From a virus (Duplodnaviria > Caudoviricetes): DNA of 55,314 nt. Positions 1-9,370 of the stretch are shown in pieces. The translations under genes were made by a program, and so were the position numbers. The stretch's first letter is position 1. The number at the start of each line of letters is the position of its first letter. The notes under the pieces were generated by a model. That model had not been told where the DNA came from, did not search any database, and worked only from the letters and a program-made list of their open reading frames with translations. The stretch lies in the IMG/VR virus record IMGVR_UViG_3300034073_001667, positions 1-55,314 of that record; one strand, given 5' to 3'.

Positions 1-2317
1 CTTCCGCCTCTTGCTCGGCTCCCTGACGAACTCCAGATTCAATTTGCTGTTCTTTGATTCCGTAGTCTCCCTGAAGCTTGGCGAGCTGCATCTTTAGAGC
101 GTACTCTACCTTCAGAAGCTCAGCCTTAGCCGTTGCCTCCAGCTGGATGCGTTGTTGTTCGAGCTGGGCCTTCATCTGCTCTTCTTGCATCTTGGATTGC
201 GAAGTTACCTGAGCAACCTGTGCATTGGCCTGTGCTTGGAACTGTGAGTTCTGCTGTGCCTGCTCCTGACGCATCTTCATACGCTTCTTACGGCGTACAA
301 TCAGCAGGCGCTCGGCCTGATCAATGTCACGCAGCTGACGGATGGCAATCGCATCCTCGATGTCAAGCTCACCCTGAGCGATAGACGCTTGGATGTTCTG
401 CTCAAGGTACATACGGTCCACCTCGTTCATATCTGCAACGACACGCACCCCGAAGTTGTACATCGGTAGGTTAGAGAAGCTAGACAAAACAGCCATATTC
501 TCGCGTCCAATCGCCGTCTCGTACGCCTTGTATAGGATGGACTTGGGCGGAAGGATTTGCAGACACTTGACGATGTCCTCACAGATTTTGCGGTAGAGAA
601 CAACAGATGCGTTGGTGATGTCGTACAGTGCGTTGTTCGCTGCAGCGAGCTGCTGCTGACGTACTCCAACAAGCTGGTCTCCCTTCGGAGACGTTCCGTC
701 CATCACCTCGTTGATTCCTGTAGCGTCACGAATCATACGCAGGTAGTGGTTGTACAGCGTGATGAGTTCGTTGATGTTTCGGATGCTGTTGTCCAGTGGA
801 CGAATGGGTGGGTTCTGGAAGCTTCCGTCTGGGTTCTTTGAGCGGTAGTAGAAGATACCAGTCTGCTCGTAGATGTCTTGGATGTCAAGAGGCTGAAGCT
901 CTCCACCGCGACCGAGCTGTACGTTCTCTAGTCCCTCGATGTCTACAATCAATCCATCGGGCTTGGCCTTAGCAATTGCCTGCTGAATCTTTAGGTGGGA
1001 CAGCTGAAGCTGATCGGCGAAGCCAATGATTCCACTCACCATAGACTTAGGAATCATACGGCGGATGTTGGTAGCCATCACGCTGTAGCTCATCTTCGTA
1101 CGGCTGAGGTCGTGTACGTTCTTAGGTATATTTTTCTTTACCCCGTAGTCGAAGATGTACTCGGTGCCAATGATGAACTTACCTCCGTAGAGCGTTTGGT
1201 TCTGCATATATACAGCCTCTCGGTCGTATACACTCTGCTGTGGTGCGTTGTACTTGTGGCCTTTGTAGTAGAACCCTACATTGCCAAAGCGAGACTCCTT
1301 CTTCTCGAAGATGATGTTGTCAACGCTTATGAACTCAAACTCCATCACGTCGATGGTGTACTCGTCGTATCCGTAGTAGTATCGCTCCATACCCACGTCG
1401 TAGCGCTGGTCCATAAAGCGACCAGAGTCGTTACCAAAGCGGTTCATCACCGTACGTGCCATTGTTTCGTACTGCTCTTCGGTAAACTCATCTCCTGCAA
1501 TGCGCTTGAGTTCGGCAATGCTCATCCGCTTGGTGTGGCCTGCGTAGATGATGTCGCTGAAGGTGGGGTCGTCGGTGAAGCTGTGGACGAAGTATGCTGG
1601 GTCAACGTACTCCTCTACGATTCCGTAGTTCGGGTCGTTGCTGCGCTTGGTGACAGCCATACCACAGGTGACGAGGTCCTCAACGTTGCGACGGAACACA
1701 CGCTCGTCAAAGTCGTTCCAGCTGAGGGTGAGGTTGATTCCAATCTGTGCGGCAATCTCTGCTGCGGTCTTGATGTTGGTCTCAAGAAAGATTTCGGTTT
1801 CCTCTGCGGTGTCTGGAAGTGCGTCTGGGTCTACCTCAGTACGTAACCCTGTTTCTTTGGCTTCCTTGAGTACGTCCTTGTTTTCGATGAACACCTTCAT
1901 CTTGTTCTTCTCGTAGTCCTTCTCACTGCGAGAGAGAGGATCAACAGCTTCTACGTTGGGGTAGAACTTGGATGAGAGAATCTTGTTTACTACAATCTTT
2001 ACAAACTTAGGAACAATGGGTACTGGTGTCCAGTCAAGGTTTACCAGTGAGCCGTCTCCGTTGTTTGGGTCAAGGGATGTGAGGATTTGTTTGTAGATGG
2101 ATGTGTCCTGCGTTCCGTTGGCGTAGTCACGTGAAATCTCAAATTCCTTCCAGCGTTTGCCGTATAGAGAGCCCTCCCACTCGGCGCTTCCCCATTGTCC
2201 GTAGATGGCCTTAGCGTACTGAAGGCCGTATCCTTTGTTTGCCTTTACCTCGTGTGAGGCAAGCGGATCAGGAAACGTAGAGTCGTACCCGTTGCTTTTT
2301 ACTGAGTATTGATCCAT
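1..2317 (-). CDS. Portal protein (3' end runs off window)
   Basis: Absent from the ORF track because there is no stop in the window. ATG at 2317: MDQYSVKSNGYDSTFPDPLASH...NLDWTPVPIVPKFVKIVVNKI, >770 codons. Follows terminase; motif typical of portals in this phage type; Q-rich coiled-coil end. Confidence 0.85.
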   Translation of the reverse strand, partial: MDQYSVKSNGYDSTFPDPLASHEVKANKGYGLQYAKAIYGQWGSAEWEGSLYGKRWKEFEISRDYANGTQDTSIYKQILTSLDPNNGDGSLVNLDWTPVPIVPKFVKIVVNKILSSKFYPNVEAVDPLSRSEKDYEKNKMKVFIENKDVLKEAKETGLRTEVDPDALPDTAEETEIFLETNIKTAAEIAAQIGINLTLSWNDFDERVFRRNVEDLVTCGMAVTKRSNDPNYGIVEEYVDPAYFVHSFTDDPTFSDIIYAGHTKRMSIAELKRIAGDEFTEEQYETMARTVMNRFGNDSGRFMDQRYDVGMERYYYGYDEYTIDVMEFEFISVDNIIFEKKESRFGNVGFYYKGHKYNAPQQSVYDREAVYMQNQTLYGGKFIIGTEYIFDYGVKKNIPKNVHDLSRTKMSYSVMATNIRRMIPKSMVSGIIGFADQLQLSHLKIQQAIAKAKPDGLIVDIEGLENVQLGRGGELQPLDIQDIYEQTGIFYYRSKNPDGSFQNPPIRPLDNSIRNINELITLYNHYLRMIRDATGINEVMDGTSPKGDQLVGVRQQQLAAANNALYDITNASVVLYRKICEDIVKCLQILPPKSILYKAYETAIGRENMAVLSSFSNLPMYNFGVRVVADMNEVDRMYLEQNIQASIAQGELDIEDAIAIRQLRDIDQAERLLIVRRKKRMKMRQEQAQQNSQFQAQANAQVAQVTSQSKMQEEQMKAQLEQQRIQLEATAKAELLKVEYALKMQLAKLQGDYGIKEQQIESGVRQGAEQEAE

Positions 2318-2334
2318 TTATCGCAGTTTATGGA

Positions 2335-2342
2335 CAAAGGTA
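2335..2342 (-). promoter_or_regulatory. Bacteroidota -7 promoter element (TACCTTTG) for portal
   Basis: Matches TAnnTTTG; 17 nt upstream of the ATG. Confidence 0.6.
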
Positions 2343-2352
2343 CGAACTTAAG

Positions 2353-4464
2353 TTATCGCGTAATTTGCTTACCCTTACGGAAGAAAATCTTCTCGTTGAA
2401 GTTTGTTTTCTTTGCTTCCTTTACCTGCTTTTGTGCGCCCAAAAGTGCAAGTCCAGAGCTGATTGTTAAGTCAAACTTTGTTCGGTCGTCAATCTTAAAG
2501 TTAATCCAATCCTCCAGTGTTCTGTTGAAGTACATCCTTCCAAAGTTTCCTGTCTCGTTGTGAATGCCAACGTGGTCGTGGATGTATGCCTCAATCGCTT
2601 GGGCGTGTGCTTGGATTACGTCTTGGCTGTTGGATGGGATACCTTTTGTCTTTACGTTGACCTTCGCCGATGTGGACATTAGATGCGCTGGGCGGTCCAT
2701 CAGGTACTCGTCGTACCCTCGCGACTCAAAGTATCGTGCAATGCCGTACTTGTTGTTCTCTATAAGCACAGGATACCCGTAGAAGACAGCAGCCATTAGG
2801 ATGTCCTCGTAGAAAATTTTAGCAAGCGGTGGACGTGATGCGTATTCAGCCACAAACATATTCGCTGGATGCTCCATCGAGAACTTGTTGTAGATGTGGC
2901 AGGCACCCTTAGAGGATCTGTAGTCAATTGTAGTGTCAAGGTCGTAGGAGTCAACGCCCATCACCCCGAATGCCGAGTTTGGCGGAACTAGCTTGTTGTT
3001 TTCGGTCTTTCGTTTGTTTCGAATCTCTGGTGGCGCTAGCCAAGTGATTCTCCACCTTCCGTTAGGGTCTGGTGCAAAGACAACCTCTGTGTCCTGCTTG
3101 CCCTCCTTCCACTGGAAGTTTCCAACGATAACAGGATTAGGGAACAGCTCCTCGTTGTGCTGAATCTGTTCGTAGATTTTTTGGATGTTGAACAGCGAAG
3201 ACTTGGTCGAATCACGAAACGCTTCGTCCTCAGTGAATGGGAACTGACGAATGATTTCGTTGAGTTCGTAGCTGTTGTTTTGCTGTCCCTTTCTCTCGTT
3301 TTTCAAGAAGGTGCGTGCACCGATTGTAGTGAACGTTCCGTCCTCGGTCATCACTGGATCTTCGGGGTCGTCAACGATTGGCATTCCGTACTGATCAAAG
3401 AATCCTTCTAGTGCCTCGTACGCGGGGATGAAGATTTTGTACAGGCCGCTCTTGGTGCGTCCGTTGTCGTTGCGGTCGTTTGGGTCCGAGTCGTAGTACA
3501 GGTCGCGGAACTCTCTTCCTCCCTTGTCAAGTGGGTTCACGGTAGAGCCAACCATCGCCTTGCCAATCACGCGGCGTCCAACCAATAGACAGGTTCTGTG
3601 GATTCGCCACACCTCACGTATGTCGTTAGGGTTTAGCCACTTACCAGCCTCGTCTAGGAACAGCATATGCGTCTTGCTTCCGTCGTATGCGTTGTTGGTG
3701 GTATTCTTCCAGTTGATGATGGTGTCAAGCGCTTCTCCCCTTTGTGAGGTTTTGTTCTTCTTGGTAATACGCTTGGCAGGTTCACGAAACGCAAGCTCCA
3801 TACGTGGGTTGGTCGTACCATCCTGAATTGCTGTAAAGAAGAATGGGTAGCCCTTGTATATGGGTACAATCTTAGAGCCGAACACTGCCTCCTGAGCGTC
3901 CGTACCTGTCTTGCTCATAATACCCAACAGCTTCTCCTTCACCTGAGTACCTTCGTCAACTAATGTGGCAGCGCTCATATTGGTGTAGCCAGAGCGTCGG
4001 CACTTGGTGTATATCTGTCCTAGGCAACGAGGGTCTGCCTCACACGCAGCGAAGTGGGTGAACAGTTTTCTCTGGAAGTCTAGGTAGCCCGGATATCCGA
4101 TGTCAATCTTGCTCCACTGGAGGAACATATAGTGGTGGCCAGTGATGTATGTTTCAACACCATTATTCATAAACCACACACCTTCTCTACGTCGGCGGAA
4201 CTCCTCCTCGATGTACGGGCTCCAACGTTGCTGGAACTCGCGTGGTGATTCGTACCAGTCGTCCATAGATTTGATTTGGGACAGCTCTCGTGGCAGTTCC
4301 ATTCTTTGCCACCTTTGGTTCACCACTGGTAAACCTTTGAATAGAACGTCTTGTGGCTTGGGCAACTGAATCTTCAGCGACTCAATCTCAATGATAGGCC
4401 CGTCCGAATCGTTCGGACAGATGCTGATCACCTCATCTCCGTCTATCATCTTAAGCCCTGCCAT
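2353..4464 (-). CDS. terL: Terminase large subunit
   Basis: 703 aa; Walker A-like TKCRRSGYT, Walker B LFLDEAGKW, coupling motif GSTVN, nuclease motif GVDSYD. Confidence 0.93.
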   Translation of the reverse strand: MAGLKMIDGDEVISICPNDSDGPIIEIESLKIQLPKPQDVLFKGLPVVNQRWQRMELPRELSQIKSMDDWYESPREFQQRWSPYIEEEFRRRREGVWFMNNGVETYITGHHYMFLQWSKIDIGYPGYLDFQRKLFTHFAACEADPRCLGQIYTKCRRSGYTNMSAATLVDEGTQVKEKLLGIMSKTGTDAQEAVFGSKIVPIYKGYPFFFTAIQDGTTNPRMELAFREPAKRITKKNKTSQRGEALDTIINWKNTTNNAYDGSKTHMLFLDEAGKWLNPNDIREVWRIHRTCLLVGRRVIGKAMVGSTVNPLDKGGREFRDLYYDSDPNDRNDNGRTKSGLYKIFIPAYEALEGFFDQYGMPIVDDPEDPVMTEDGTFTTIGARTFLKNERKGQQNNSYELNEIIRQFPFTEDEAFRDSTKSSLFNIQKIYEQIQHNEELFPNPVIVGNFQWKEGKQDTEVVFAPDPNGRWRITWLAPPEIRNKRKTENNKLVPPNSAFGVMGVDSYDLDTTIDYRSSKGACHIYNKFSMEHPANMFVAEYASRPPLAKIFYEDILMAAVFYGYPVLIENNKYGIARYFESRGYDEYLMDRPAHLMSTSAKVNVKTKGIPSNSQDVIQAHAQAIEAYIHDHVGIHNETGNFGRMYFNRTLEDWINFKIDDRTKFDLTISSGLALLGAQKQVKEAKKTNFNEKIFFRKGKQITR

Positions 4465-4763
4465 TACCTGCGGGCGTTACGTTCTGCAAAGCCTCCCTTG
4501 AAGTCCTTCTCCTCCTCAATACCACCAGACTCCTCAAGGTCGCCAACCAGCTGTTCAAGTTTTTGTCGTTCAACGATTAACTCCTTGCAGGCCAAGGCCG
4601 TATCCTTTAGCGCAGAAAGTTCGGCTTTTCTTGCTGAGCCAGTAAGGTCTGGGTCAACAGGCTTCTTCAGCTCCTCGGTCATATTGTGGATGGCGGCCTC
4701 CATAGCCTCGATGAGGTTACGTGCCGCCTGAACGGTGGTAAAGCCCTTTACACTTTTGCGCAT
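4464..4763 (-). CDS. Probable terminase small subunit
   Basis: Helical ~99 aa protein coupled directly upstream of terL; ends KGGFAERNARR. ATG 4763 preferred over 4790. Confidence 0.55.
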   Translation of the reverse strand: MRKSVKGFTTVQAARNLIEAMEAAIHNMTEELKKPVDPDLTGSARKAELSALKDTALACKELIVERQKLEQLVGDLEESGGIEEEKDFKGGFAERNARR

Positions 4764-5326
4764 AACAACTGGTGGATTTGCATACGCCAAAGCTTACGTC
4801 CGTTGATGTCCATCTCGTAGTCTGCGTTCTTGGCAAAGAACACCACGTCCCCCACAGACAACCCTTCCTCGTCAAGCCATTTGCTTCCGTAGACGATACG
4901 TCCCCACCGCTTCTCTGGTTCCTTAAATGTAACTAATTCGATAACATCGCTCTTGAGTTCTGGCTCTACCTCAACGGGCTCAAGGAACACCCAGTCGGCA
5001 ACAGCCAACAACGTTCCGTCTGGTTTTTCAATCAGATAAGCCTGATTCCCTTGACCACCAAATGGGTCGTAGTTGACGCGGTAGACCTTTTTGTTGGGGT
5101 CAACAATTTGGTTGTCGTTCAGTGCTACGTGGTGGTGATGGAACACATAGTCTCCGACCTCTACCTGAGAGTCGAACTTAGCAGGAACGCCAACAACCTT
5201 CGCCTTCATCGTCCGGTGCTGGAACTCGTTGAACTTGGTGTCTACATAGATCTCCGTGTCGCCAATCTTCATAGTGTCGTTGACAGCTGACGGAATATGT
5301 ACAAGGATGTGATATAAGGGTGTCAT
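4748..5326 (-). CDS. GroES/Cpn10-like co-chaperonin (two GroES-like modules)
   Basis: AKVVGVP..VEVGDYVFHH and DWVFLEP..GRIVYG..LSVGDVVFF..YEMDINGRKL patterns. Confidence 0.65.
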   Translation of the reverse strand: MTPLYHILVHIPSAVNDTMKIGDTEIYVDTKFNEFQHRTMKAKVVGVPAKFDSQVEVGDYVFHHHHVALNDNQIVDPNKKVYRVNYDPFGGQGNQAYLIEKPDGTLLAVADWVFLEPVEVEPELKSDVIELVTFKEPEKRWGRIVYGSKWLDEEGLSVGDVVFFAKNADYEMDINGRKLWRMQIHQLLCAKV

Positions 5327-5361
5327 AATAAATTAAAATAAAAGTTGTAAGTCGGTTACAA

Positions 5362-5595
5362 CTAGAAGTTGCAGTCGTACTCTACGATGGTTGGCATACC
5401 TTCAATCGTCTTCCAAAGCATTATGCTGTTGTTCTTTATTAGGTATATCATATACCTGCGCTCTCCGTGACGTACAAGGTACTGCCCATCAAGCATAATG
5501 GCGTGTATTTCGCCATCTCCAGCCTTCTGACCCACATAGTAGGCCAAGGCTTTTAGCGGGTCATTGCCCGCAATAATTTTACGAATGAGTTCCAT
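5362..5595 (-). CDS. Conserved hypothetical phage protein
   Basis: 77 aa in operon context; IRKI..YVGQ..LWK..EYD. Confidence 0.7.
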   Translation of the reverse strand: MELIRKIIAGNDPLKALAYYVGQKAGDGEIHAIMLDGQYLVRHGERRYMIYLIKNNSIMLWKTIEGMPTIVEYDCNF

Positions 5596-5606
5596 TTCAT
5601 TTTAAT

Positions 5607-5909
5607 TTAGTTCAAATTTAGCCAATAATCGGGATCAGACGGATCGGAGTCGTCATCGTCTTCATCCATCTCGGCGTATGATGTTGCTAGGTGCATCAGC
5701 AGAGAGTTCATCTCCTCGGTGTTTTCTACATCAATTGTAGATATAGACTCCACCACATTCTTTCCGTCAATCTTTCCTGTGACGATTCCCATAGTGGCAA
5801 TCATCATAAAGTCGTCGTAGAGACCAAGCTCTTGGGCCTTCTCCATAATCTCCTCGAAGCTGTTTCGTGCGAAGATGAACAGCTCTACCCTAGACTCTGA
5901 CTTATCCAT
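5607..5909 (-). CDS. Hypothetical acidic protein
   Basis: 100 aa; TAATG-coupled to the upstream gene. Confidence 0.7.
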   Translation of the reverse strand: MDKSESRVELFIFARNSFEEIMEKAQELGLYDDFMMIATMGIVTGKIDGKNVVESISTIDVENTEEMNSLLMHLATSYAEMDEDDDDSDPSDPDYWLNLN

Positions 5910-6814
5910 TAGAGCTTACGGATGTGGAATACGCTAAACTCGTTGACATTTGCCGCAGCAGCAGAAGCCAACGCCCTTATGGAAACCACGTCACCAGAGG
6001 CTCCGTTGATGATTGTAGACTGGGTTAGGAAGTGGTCACTGATTGTGGCAAAGCGAGTTTGAGATGTGCCAACTGTTGTTCCATTAATTTCGAATAAAAA
6101 CGTAACATCTGTGTTGGTAGATGTAGTTGTAATGTCTGCAGAGAGTGTAATCTCATACACGCCATCCACATTAAATCGGAATGATGTTAGGTTTCCTCCG
6201 TATACGTTACCTAGTGTGTATACTGTTGATGCGTCTCCAATTAGCACAGTGTCTCCTCCTCCAGTACCAACGCTAGCAAAGTCAAGGTATACTGCTGAGG
6301 TGGTGAGGTTAATGGTTGGCTTTAGTCGTGCCACAACCTCTGGGGCAGACTGGTACTGGTTTGGGTTAATCAGTGCAGCAAGAGCAGAATAATCGATACG
6401 CTTCCACGTGGTAAGCGACGCATCATAGATAAGGAATCTGTCACCTGCGGCAGGAGTGCCAATGTCAGAGATGGCCGACGGGTTGGCTAGACGCACATCA
6501 GAGCCAGATACCCCAAGAGGGAGAGATGCTGTTGTTAGTGCGCCACCAGAGAAAGCTGCAGCATTGAGGGTGCGCTTAACAACTTGGTTCGAAGCATTAA
6601 GCAAAAGCGCATCAACCTCTGTTGAGCCAGTGGCTGGAACAGTTGGGAACTCAAGGGTTCCGTTGACGCCAACCTTACCTGTTGCAAGCTGAAGTGCTGT
6701 TGCCACTCCATCGCCAGACTCTACGTTCTTCAGTGAGGTCGTAGCGGTGTTTGTCGCCAGCTTCAGCAGCGAAGCAAACGCATTCTTAACCTTCTGTCCG
6801 CTAAGTGTTGCCAT
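5909..6814 (-). CDS. Virion fibre/spike-like protein with C1q/TNF-like C-terminal domain
   Basis: Ala/Thr/Gly-rich; C-terminus FRFNVDGVYEITLSA..INGASGDVVSIR..FHIRKL. Start ATG 6814, with TATCTTTG at 6832-6839 upstream. Confidence 0.6.
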   Translation of the reverse strand: MATLSGQKVKNAFASLLKLATNTATTSLKNVESGDGVATALQLATGKVGVNGTLEFPTVPATGSTEVDALLLNASNQVVKRTLNAAAFSGGALTTASLPLGVSGSDVRLANPSAISDIGTPAAGDRFLIYDASLTTWKRIDYSALAALINPNQYQSAPEVVARLKPTINLTTSAVYLDFASVGTGGGDTVLIGDASTVYTLGNVYGGNLTSFRFNVDGVYEITLSADITTTSTNTDVTFLFEINGTTVGTSQTRFATISDHFLTQSTIINGASGDVVSIRALASAAAANVNEFSVFHIRKL

Positions 6815-6851
6815 ATTCTTTACTTTTGCTACAAAGATACAATTTACTTCA

Positions 6852-7481
6852 TTGGCTAAAAAGTTCAAGAAAAAGGTGGACCTGAAGTTCAGGGACTTCG
6901 CCTACCGAGACGATCGCGGCACACCTGCGTACAAGTTCACGTGGCACGCAAACAAGTACATCAAGGCTAAGTATGGGATGATACCCATCCAGATAGAGTT
7001 CCTTCTGTTTGCGTACGACCTTGAGTTCTTCACCATCGAATGGATGGCTAACCAGCTGTCCAAGTCATACAACCAAACCAAGGATTGGCTAACGGTTAAG
7101 CTACGCAAAAAAGGGTTTCTGTTTGACTACTTCTCCAAGGATGACATCGACATCCACAAGGATACGTCTATGTGGTTTCGGGAGGAGAACAGGTGGAACT
7201 ACCGCAAACGGTACGCACTGACTCAAGAAGGAAGAAAGATTGTTGAAGAGTGGGTAGCGATAACCACCGGACAGGTAAAGGTCGACCTAGAGTACGATCA
7301 CAATGCTGTCAATAAGCAAATCAAAGACAGGGCAGAAGGTATACCAACAAAGATATTAGGACGCAAGCTAAAGGGCCACGAAGACACCCCTCTAGCAAAG
7401 AAGATAATAGAGCGTGCTAAGACTGATGGGCGGAGTATAGCCGGAATTTTGCCTCCTTCGAAGCCCCATCGTGGGGAGTGA
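6852..7481 (+). CDS. Putative winged-helix (MarR-like) DNA-binding protein
   Basis: IEFLLFAYDL..TIEWMANQL..KLRKKGFL..RYALTQEGRKIV. Probable TTG start at 6852, divergent from the fibre gene. Confidence 0.55.
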   Translation: MAKKFKKKVDLKFRDFAYRDDRGTPAYKFTWHANKYIKAKYGMIPIQIEFLLFAYDLEFFTIEWMANQLSKSYNQTKDWLTVKLRKKGFLFDYFSKDDIDIHKDTSMWFREENRWNYRKRYALTQEGRKIVEEWVAITTGQVKVDLEYDHNAVNKQIKDRAEGIPTKILGRKLKGHEDTPLAKKIIERAKTDGRSIAGILPPSKPHRGE

Positions 7482-7590
7482 ACTTACCGTCCTTGTCAGG
7501 CATCAGGTAGTAGCGTCCCTTCTCTAGCATCCAGTGGTGGCCCTCAGGAGCCTGTACCATCATATGGGTCTTTTTCTTCTTGGCCTTCAT
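7417..7590 (-). CDS. Small basic hypothetical protein (57 aa)
   Basis: Below the ORF-track cutoff. MKAKKKKTHMMVQAPEGHHWMLEKGRYYLMPDKDGKFTPHDGASKEAKFRLYSAHQS. Confidence 0.6.
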   Translation of the reverse strand: MKAKKKKTHMMVQAPEGHHWMLEKGRYYLMPDKDGKFTPHDGASKEAKFRLYSAHQS

Positions 7591-7626
7591 AAGATAAATA
7601 CTTTTATCGGTGATGAGTGAAGCGAA

Positions 7627-7845
7627 TCATTTCTTACTTCTGTTTTTAACAGCTGAGATAAAGCGACGCTCGTCGTGGTCGTAGTCCTTGTCATCTCCGT
7701 TTCCGTAGGTTCCGGCCTGACGGTTCTTCTTGTTTAGGAACGCACGATACTTCTTCCGCTCCTCTGTGGAGTGGTACTCCTTGTCGTACTTCTTCTTCTT
7801 TTCGTACGCCTTTGGATTGCCGTCGTAGTACTTCTTAGTTTTCAT
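7627..7845 (-). CDS. Small basic protein, minimal HNH-like
   Basis: RAFLNKKNR..GNGDDKDYDH..KNR resembles the GDGKDVDH-type small phage HNH-like proteins. Confidence 0.5.
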   Translation of the reverse strand: MKTKKYYDGNPKAYEKKKKYDKEYHSTEERKKYRAFLNKKNRQAGTYGNGDDKDYDHDERRFISAVKNRSKK

Positions 7846-7957
7846 AAGCAATTTTGCTTACAATCTCAAGGTTACGAACGCCAACAGCAGCACGGTCCTT
7901 GCTTACGCGCTTGACTCCTCTGCTGTTTACTACTCGCTTTTTTGCTGACTTAGCCAC
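7835..7957 (-). CDS. Small basic hypothetical protein (40 aa)
   Basis: GTG start overlaps the upstream TAG. MAKSAKKRVVNSRGVKRVSKDRAAVGVRNLEIVSKIAYEN. Confidence 0.45.
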   Translation of the reverse strand: MAKSAKKRVVNSRGVKRVSKDRAAVGVRNLEIVSKIAYEN

Positions 7958-8136
7958 TAGTCCTCTTCCTCCTCGTAGAAGCAAGCCTTGAACTTGTAGC
8001 TCGTTGGAGTCTTGCCTGATGCTTTGACGGCAGCCTCTAGCTGTTTCATCCCAGAGGCCATATCCATAGACTTGATCTCGATTTCCTCACCGGACATCTC
8101 CATCTTGCCTCCTTCGTTGTACTTCTTGATCTTCAT
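7957..8136 (-). CDS. Small protein with N-terminal KYxxGG motif (59 aa)
   Basis: MKIKKYNEGGKMEMSGEE...FYEEEED; TAAATTTG at 8142-8149, 5 nt upstream of the ATG. Confidence 0.65.
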   Translation of the reverse strand: MKIKKYNEGGKMEMSGEEIEIKSMDMASGMKQLEAAVKASGKTPTSYKFKACFYEEEED

Positions 8137-8220
8137 AGCAGCAAATTTATGAATAATTCATTTAGCTGTTGTTGGAGTCAAATACTTTTCATATAATTGC
8201 ACCATAAAACCAATGAAGCA

Positions 8221-8580
8221 ATGAAAAACACTGTTATCGCAATCCTTCTCTCTTGCTCTGGCGCCTTCGCTCAGAACGCATTTAAGTCAGACATAAGCAT
8301 CTACGACCACAACTACAGGTGTGTTGTAAACACCCCAACCTACGCCAAGTGGGTACTCGACGGACAGAAGACTTGGTATATGGCTCCCGACAGCACAACC
8401 TCAGAGGTGGTTACAATGATGGAGTGGAACATTAAAAGACAGGAGCTTCGCGTAGAAGGATTTAACGAGATTGACGCTCGCTACTACTGGAACCCATCCA
8501 CCAGAACAACGGTTATGCTGTTGCCATACGACGGTGTACGACACCACGTCTCAACCTCGTACGGAACAGATATCCGCTAG
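8221..8580 (+). CDS. Secreted protein with Sec signal peptide
   Basis: MKNTVIAILLSCSGAFA|Q; opposite strand to its neighbours. Confidence 0.65.
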   Translation: MKNTVIAILLSCSGAFAQNAFKSDISIYDHNYRCVVNTPTYAKWVLDGQKTWYMAPDSTTSEVVTMMEWNIKRQELRVEGFNEIDARYYWNPSTRTTVMLLPYDGVRHHVSTSYGTDIR

Positions 8581-8582
8581 TC

Positions 8583-8936
8583 TTAGCTGTTTTTCTTTTG
8601 GGATTCTTGAAAGGCTCGGAATGCCCGAACAGCATCCTGACGTGCTTGGTCGTAGACTCCGTACTCCTTAGCCTTCTTAATCGCTAGCGCGTAGTTACGC
8701 TCTGGCATCTGAGCGTTGCCCTGCTGTAAGATTTTTTCAGCACCCTTACGGCTTTTGTCGATCATCGTAACACCTCGCTTCTCGAGCTGTTTTACAGCTT
8801 CATTCCACGTGAGTCGCTCTAGGTATTCAGCATTTGTCATCTCGTCAACAGAGGCTGGGTCGTTCGGAGCCTTTCCCTTGCCGACCCAAGATGGCTTTGG
8901 CGTGGTGCCTCCGTTGCTGTACCTCTTGACCTTCAT
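8583..8936 (-). CDS. Basic hypothetical protein with RYxxGG motif
   Basis: MKVKRYSNGG..., 117 aa. Confidence 0.7.
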   Translation of the reverse strand: MKVKRYSNGGTTPKPSWVGKGKAPNDPASVDEMTNAEYLERLTWNEAVKQLEKRGVTMIDKSRKGAEKILQQGNAQMPERNYALAIKKAKEYGVYDQARQDAVRAFRAFQESQKKNS

Positions 8937-8942
8937 AGCTGT

Positions 8943-9356
8943 TTACTTCTTCTTGGCCATCATCTTGAAGTCCTCACCAGTGATTTTGCCGTCCATATTT
9001 TTGTCCAGCTTAACCTGACCGCCCTTGAGGTACTTCATCATTCCACCCTTTCCGTACTTGGGCATCTTACCGCCCTTTTCGTAGTATCCGTCGACGTTCA
9101 TCTTTCCGCCACCCATCATCTTCTTGACGGGCTTCTTGACAACCTTGAAGCCTTTAGCCTTAAGTTCTTTGTCGAACTTGGCAAGCTCCTCAGGACCTTC
9201 GGCCTTGAGTGCGTTACGCATCTCGGTGAGGTTCTCAGCCTCACGTGAGCGAGCAGCAGCGTTAAACTTCTGGTCAGCTGGAGACAGCTTCTTCTTTGGG
9301 TCCGGAACGATTGGCATCTTGCCTCCCATCTGGTAAACAGTCATCTTTGGTTTCAT
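8943..9356 (-). CDS. Lys/Met/Gly-rich protein with five (Y/M)xxGG repeats and an EF-hand-like tail
   Basis: YQMGG, MMGGG, YEKGG, YGKGG, YLKGG; DKNMDGKITGED. TAACTTTG at 9362-9369. Confidence 0.7.
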   Translation of the reverse strand: MKPKMTVYQMGGKMPIVPDPKKKLSPADQKFNAAARSREAENLTEMRNALKAEGPEELAKFDKELKAKGFKVVKKPVKKMMGGGKMNVDGYYEKGGKMPKYGKGGMMKYLKGGQVKLDKNMDGKITGEDFKMMAKKK

Positions 9357-9370
9357 AGCTACAAAGTTAC

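Noticed and set aside
133-1916. Plus-strand ORFs, including 995-1846 (283 aa)
   Set aside because: Antisense shadows of the minus-strand portal gene, which the track misses because it lacks a stop in the window.
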